Shown here: positions 60,489-64,000 of the stretch, piece after piece
Layout: every line of letters begins with the position of its first letter
How positions within the stretch are numbered: the stretch's first letter is position 1
Assembly (NCBI GenBank): GCA_963796105.1
Contig: CAWCKJ010000007.1
Coordinates: forward strand, 1-64,000
Source of the DNA: a candidate division FCPU426 bacterium
Lineage (GTDB): Bacteria > Oederibacteriota > Muellerivitia > Muellerivitales > Muellerivitaceae
Reading direction: 5' to 3'
Length of the DNA: 64,000 bases
The notes under the pieces: model-generated
Told to the model about the DNA's origin: nothing
The model's input: the letters and a program-made list of their open reading frames with translations, nothing else
The model's database searches: none
Made by a program: the position numbers and the translations under genes

Positions 60489-63108
60489 GCTTGAGGTTGG
60501 CCAAGCCCTGGATGGCCCTCAGGAAGCTTTCCCCCGGCAAGGGGTGGCTGTAGAAATACCCCTGGACGTGGTCGCAGTCGTGGTTTTTCAGGAAAGTCAG
60601 CTGTCCCTCGGTCTCCACACCCTCCGCCACTACCTCGAGCTTCAAACTGTGGGCCAGGGCAATGACCCCCGTGACGATGGCGGCGTCGTTCGGGTCGATG
60701 GTAATGTCCCGCACGAAGGACTTGTCGATCTTCAGGGTCTCCAAGGGGAAGCGCTTCAAGTAGCTTAACGAGGAGTATCCAGTCCCGAAATCGTCCAAGG
60801 AAAGATGGATCCCCATTTTTTTGAATTCGTTCAGGGCCAGGATGGTAAAGTCGGCGTTTTTCATGGCGATGGTCTCGGTGATTTCCAGTCCCAAGTATTG
60901 GGGATCCATGCCGGTTTCCTGAAGGATCTGGGAAATACTGCTCACCAGGTTCTTCTGCTGGAACTGCCTCCCGGACAGGTTGACGAAAATGCAGAACTTG
61001 TCATTCCCTGCCTCGTGCCATTTCTTGATCTGCTGGCACACGTGGCGGATCACCCATTCCCCGATGGGAACGATCAGCCCTGTTTCCTCGGCCAAGCCGA
61101 TGAACTCCGTCGGAAACACCAGGCCGAGGTCTGGGTGCTGCCAGCGAACCAGGGCCTCCGCGCCGATGACCTTCTGGGTTTTCATGTCGATCTGCGGCTG
61201 GTAATAAACGACGAACTCCTCTTTTTCCAACGCCCTCCGGAGGTTGTTTTCCATGAGCAGCTGCTTGAAGGCGCTCACGTTCATGACAGAGGCATAAAGT
61301 TGGTAGTTGTTCCTTCCCTGCTCCTTAGCCCGATACATGGCGGTCTCGGAGTTCTTCATGAGGACCTCGGGATTCTCGCCGTCTTCCGGGTAGAAGGCAA
61401 TGCCGATACTGGTGGTCACGTGGAGCTCATGGCCGTTGAGCTTGAATGGCGTAGAGAGCAGTTCGATGATCTTTTGCGCGTGCTCAGTGGCGTCCTCAAT
61501 CTTGCTTACTTGCGGCAGGAGCAGGGTGAACTCGTCGCCTCCGAAGCGCGCTATGGTCTCGTTCTGGTTGAGGACGTCCAGGAGCCTCTCGGCCACAGCC
61601 ACCAAGAGCTTGTCCCCCACCTGGTGACCCAGGGTCTCGTTGATGTTCTTGAAGCGGTCCAGGTCCAGGACCAGCACGCTGAGCAACTGGTTGTTCAGCT
61701 TGGCGGTTTTCATGGCCTGTTCCAGGCGGTCCTTGAAGAGAGTCCGGTTGGGAAGGTTCGTCAGGACGTCGTAATAGGCCTGGTGCCGGATGGTCTCATC
61801 AGCCCTCTTCCGGTCGGTGATGTCCCTCGCGACAGCTTGGACCACCTTCCGGCCGTTCCAATTGAAAACGTAAAAATTGATCTCGAAAGGGATCTTCAAC
61901 CCGTTTTTCGAGAGATAGGACCTCTCAGCCCCAATCAGCTGCCCCTTTTCTAATAGGGCCCTGAAATGCTTTGGCATCCCGTTCACGTCCTCGGGTACGG
62001 CGAGGTCGTAGGGGGTCATGTGGAGCAATTCCTCACGAAGGTAGCTGATTTTGGAGCAGGCGATGTCGTTGACCTCCATAAACTTCCCGGGTACCGCGTC
62101 GTCGGAGATGGGGAAAAGGAAGATCGCGTCATTAGCCTTGTTGAAAAGCTCCCTGAATTTCTCCTCGCTCTCCCTCAAAGCGAGCTCGCTACGTTTACGC
62201 TCCAGGGTGCCCGCGAACAGATCGCCCGCGATTCGGAAAAAAGCGATGTCGTCGGTGTCCCAATCTCGGGCCTCCCGGAGGGTGCTGAAGGTCATGAAAC
62301 CGATGATCCGGCCGGCGGACACCATGGGGACGCTTATGATGGACTTGATGCCCCAACTGATGAGAAATTCCTTTTCCTTGACCGCGATAGGAGGCAGGTC
62401 CTCGGGGCTTCCCAGCAACACTGTCTCCAGGCGGTTCAGCTTGTCAAAGAACCAGGGATAATCCGACAACTTCATGTTTTTCGGCCAGTTGATGGGAGGG
62501 GGCGCGTCCTCGGCAGACCATATAAATGCGGGCGTGACTACGGCGCCATGGCTTTCCATGAATATGTAAATCCGTTCCGCCTTGATAAAACGGCCGATCG
62601 TCTGGAGCGCCTGCTGGATGCCCGCGTCGATCTTATCAATGGGCAGATTGATGAAGTGGGAGGTCAAAGCGCTGATGAGCTTTCCGAACTCAACCCTGTG
62701 CTTGAAAACCTCCTCCCTTTTGTCCCATTCGGTGACGTCCAAGGAAAAACCCACCACGCCATTGAATCGGCCGTCGGCGTCCAAAAGGGATGAGTACCTT
62801 GTCTCAAAAACGGAATTTTCAACCCGCGAGGTGGAGGTGAAATTTTCCACCCGCAAGGCCCGGCGAATTTCCTCGATGAGCGGTGGGTTTTTTTGGTACA
62901 TATCCAGGGCGGAACGGCCCACAACCTCTCCTGGTTTCAACCCGAGGGAATGAAGCCCGTCCCCTTCAGAGAGGGTGAAAATACCGTTGCGGTCCAGCGC
63001 GAATAAAATAAAAGGGGCTTGAGAAAGGGCGTTCCGAAGTTTGTTATCCCCGGACTCGGTTAGACTCTGCCCAGGTGCGGCAGATCCATCGCTTTCATGC
63101 GTGATCAC
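60481..63108 (-). CDS. PAS-GAF-PAS-GGDEF-EAL c-di-GMP cyclase/phosphodiesterase
   Basis: [59 protein letters not shown]. Confidence 0.95.
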   Translation of the reverse strand: MITHESDGSAAPGQSLTESGDNKLRNALSQAPFILFALDRNGIFTLSEGDGLHSLGLKPGEVVGRSALDMYQKNPPLIEEIRRALRVENFTSTSRVENSVFETRYSSLLDADGRFNGVVGFSLDVTEWDKREEVFKHRVEFGKLISALTSHFINLPIDKIDAGIQQALQTIGRFIKAERIYIFMESHGAVVTPAFIWSAEDAPPPINWPKNMKLSDYPWFFDKLNRLETVLLGSPEDLPPIAVKEKEFLISWGIKSIISVPMVSAGRIIGFMTFSTLREARDWDTDDIAFFRIAGDLFAGTLERKRSELALRESEEKFRELFNKANDAIFLFPISDDAVPGKFMEVNDIACSKISYLREELLHMTPYDLAVPEDVNGMPKHFRALLEKGQLIGAERSYLSKNGLKIPFEINFYVFNWNGRKVVQAVARDITDRKRADETIRHQAYYDVLTNLPNRTLFKDRLEQAMKTAKLNNQLLSVLVLDLDRFKNINETLGHQVGDKLLVAVAERLLDVLNQNETIARFGGDEFTLLLPQVSKIEDATEHAQKIIELLSTPFKLNGHELHVTTSIGIAFYPEDGENPEVLMKNSETAMYRAKEQGRNNYQLYASVMNVSAFKQLLMENNLRRALEKEEFVVYYQPQIDMKTQKVIGAEALVRWQHPDLGLVFPTEFIGLAEETGLIVPIGEWVIRHVCQQIKKWHEAGNDKFCIFVNLSGRQFQQKNLVSSISQILQETGMDPQYLGLEITETIAMKNADFTILALNEFKKMGIHLSLDDFGTGYSSLSYLKRFPLETLKIDKSFVRDITIDPNDAAIVTGVIALAHSLKLEVVAEGVETEGQLTFLKNHDCDHVQGYFYSHPLPGESFLRAIQGLANLKPI

Positions 63109-63240
63109 GCTTCCTCCAATGGGGTAAATAATTGGTTTGGAACGTTCAACCTGGCGGTTTTCTTTAGGAACAGGATTTTATTTTAGGGAAGCTGGGCCAA
63201 TAAATAAAGGTAAAAGGGCGGAACCGATAAACACCTTTTT

Positions 63241-63822
63241 TCAGCGGAAATAATCAGGCTCATTACCAGGTTTCCACTTGATGCTGCAGCCAACGCCGGG
63301 TTTTTGATCCTTTGGACTGGGACGCCCTTCCAATAGGGCATCCAGGGCTTCCCTCAGGCTTTTTCCCGTGACAGGCAGGCCGTTTCCGGGCCGACTGTCG
63401 TCCAATTGGCCCCGGTAAACCAGATGGAATTCCCTGTCGAATAGGTAAAACTCCGGCGTACAGGCCGCCCGGTAGGCTTTGGCCGTTTGTTGGGTCCCGT
63501 CAAAAAGCAAAGGATAATTGAGGCCTATTTCCTTGGCCATTTGTCTCAAACTCTCCGGGGAATCGTCCGGATATTTCACGGAATCGTTGGAACTGATAGC
63601 CGCGATACCAACCTCTTTGGGACCGTAATCTTTTCCCAAACAAGCCAGTTCCCCCTTGACGTGCTGGACATAGGGGCAATGCCTGCAGACGAACATGATC
63701 AAGAGAGCCTTTTTGCATGAGAAATCTGCCAGGCTCAGGATATGCCCTGATTGCACATCCGGCAGGTGAAAATCAGGGGCTGGAGTTCCCAATTCCATCA
63801 TGGTGGAAGGCGTGAGAGACAT
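63241..63822 (-). CDS. Thioredoxin-family (AhpC/TSA-like) protein
   Basis: LGTPAPDFHLPD, CRHCPYV, AACTPEFYLFD, YRGQLDDSRP, GCSIKW. Confidence 0.92.
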   Translation of the reverse strand: MSLTPSTMMELGTPAPDFHLPDVQSGHILSLADFSCKKALLIMFVCRHCPYVQHVKGELACLGKDYGPKEVGIAAISSNDSVKYPDDSPESLRQMAKEIGLNYPLLFDGTQQTAKAYRAACTPEFYLFDREFHLVYRGQLDDSRPGNGLPVTGKSLREALDALLEGRPSPKDQKPGVGCSIKWKPGNEPDYFR

Positions 63823-63851
63823 AACTCCTCCTAATTAATTTGGGGTTTAAT

Positions 63852-64000
63852 TCAGCGGCCCTTTTTGGAATCCTTACTGTCGGCCTGGTCCGAGACAATA
63901 TTTTGATCCGAGACGTTTTCCTGCTCTTGGGGAGTTTTGTTATCAACCTTTATTTTAAAATTTTGTTTCCTCTTTTTTCTCTTCTTGGGTTTGGCCCTAT
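63852..64000 (-). CDS. 3' end of an unidentified gene (partial)
   Basis: Open frame from the window edge, RAKPKKRKKRKQ...DSKKGR-stop. Confidence 0.4.
   Translation of the reverse strand, partial: RAKPKKRKKRKQNFKIKVDNKTPQEQENVSDQNIVSDQADSKDSKKGR

Noticed and set aside
57600..60500. tmRNA (ssrA) next to smpB
   Set aside because: No tRNA-Ala-like 5' and 3' ends were found; smpB overlaps the convergent GGDEF-EAL gene directly.
29871..62793. Long antisense ORFs (29871-31391, 34521-35930, 38431-39693, 45704-47068, 55746-56660, 60805-61953, 61966-62793)
   Set aside because: They are shadows of well-supported genes on the opposite strand in GC-rich DNA and show no recognisable motifs.

Overview
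Bacterial genomic DNA from a diderm organism; about 57 kb is accessory and the last 6.5 kb is housekeeping. (1) 1-8.2 kb: AT-rich, decaying mobilisable element with a PHP+ATPase (ppl/TrlF-like) defence pseudogene, a HI1419/HI1420-type toxin-antitoxin pair whose toxin is split by an ISL3, a frameshifted Replic_Relax-type relaxase and a VirD4/TraD-like coupling protein. (2) 8.2-26.9 kb: a cassette with six sigma54-type promoters, a ZraS/ZraR-like two-component system, two Spy/CpxP-like proteins, isolated flagellar hook genes (divergent flgK-like, flgD, truncated flgE), three paralogous GT-A glycosyltransferase-like genes, two Thr/Pro-repeat secreted proteins and an IS1595-disrupted efflux adaptor. 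(3) 26.9-30.0 kb: a 3.1-kb TGT...ACA insertion sequence encoding two separate DDE domains; genes on both sides are truncated and there is no target duplication. (4) 30.0-56.8 kb: a probable xyloglucan utilisation locus (GH74, GH35, GH29, GH44, GH2, LacI, AraC) with no SusC/SusD or other TonB-dependent receptor. It instead has three tandem SLH/coiled-coil/beta-barrel (OmpM/SlpA-like) outer-membrane proteins and three CBM-like lipoproteins, which is the best candidate here for an undescribed system. (5) 56.8-64 kb: a half-degenerate tRNA-Leu with att-like repeats, rnr, smpB, a GGDEF-EAL protein and a thioredoxin-fold protein. All family assignments come from recognising motifs by eye; no searches were run.
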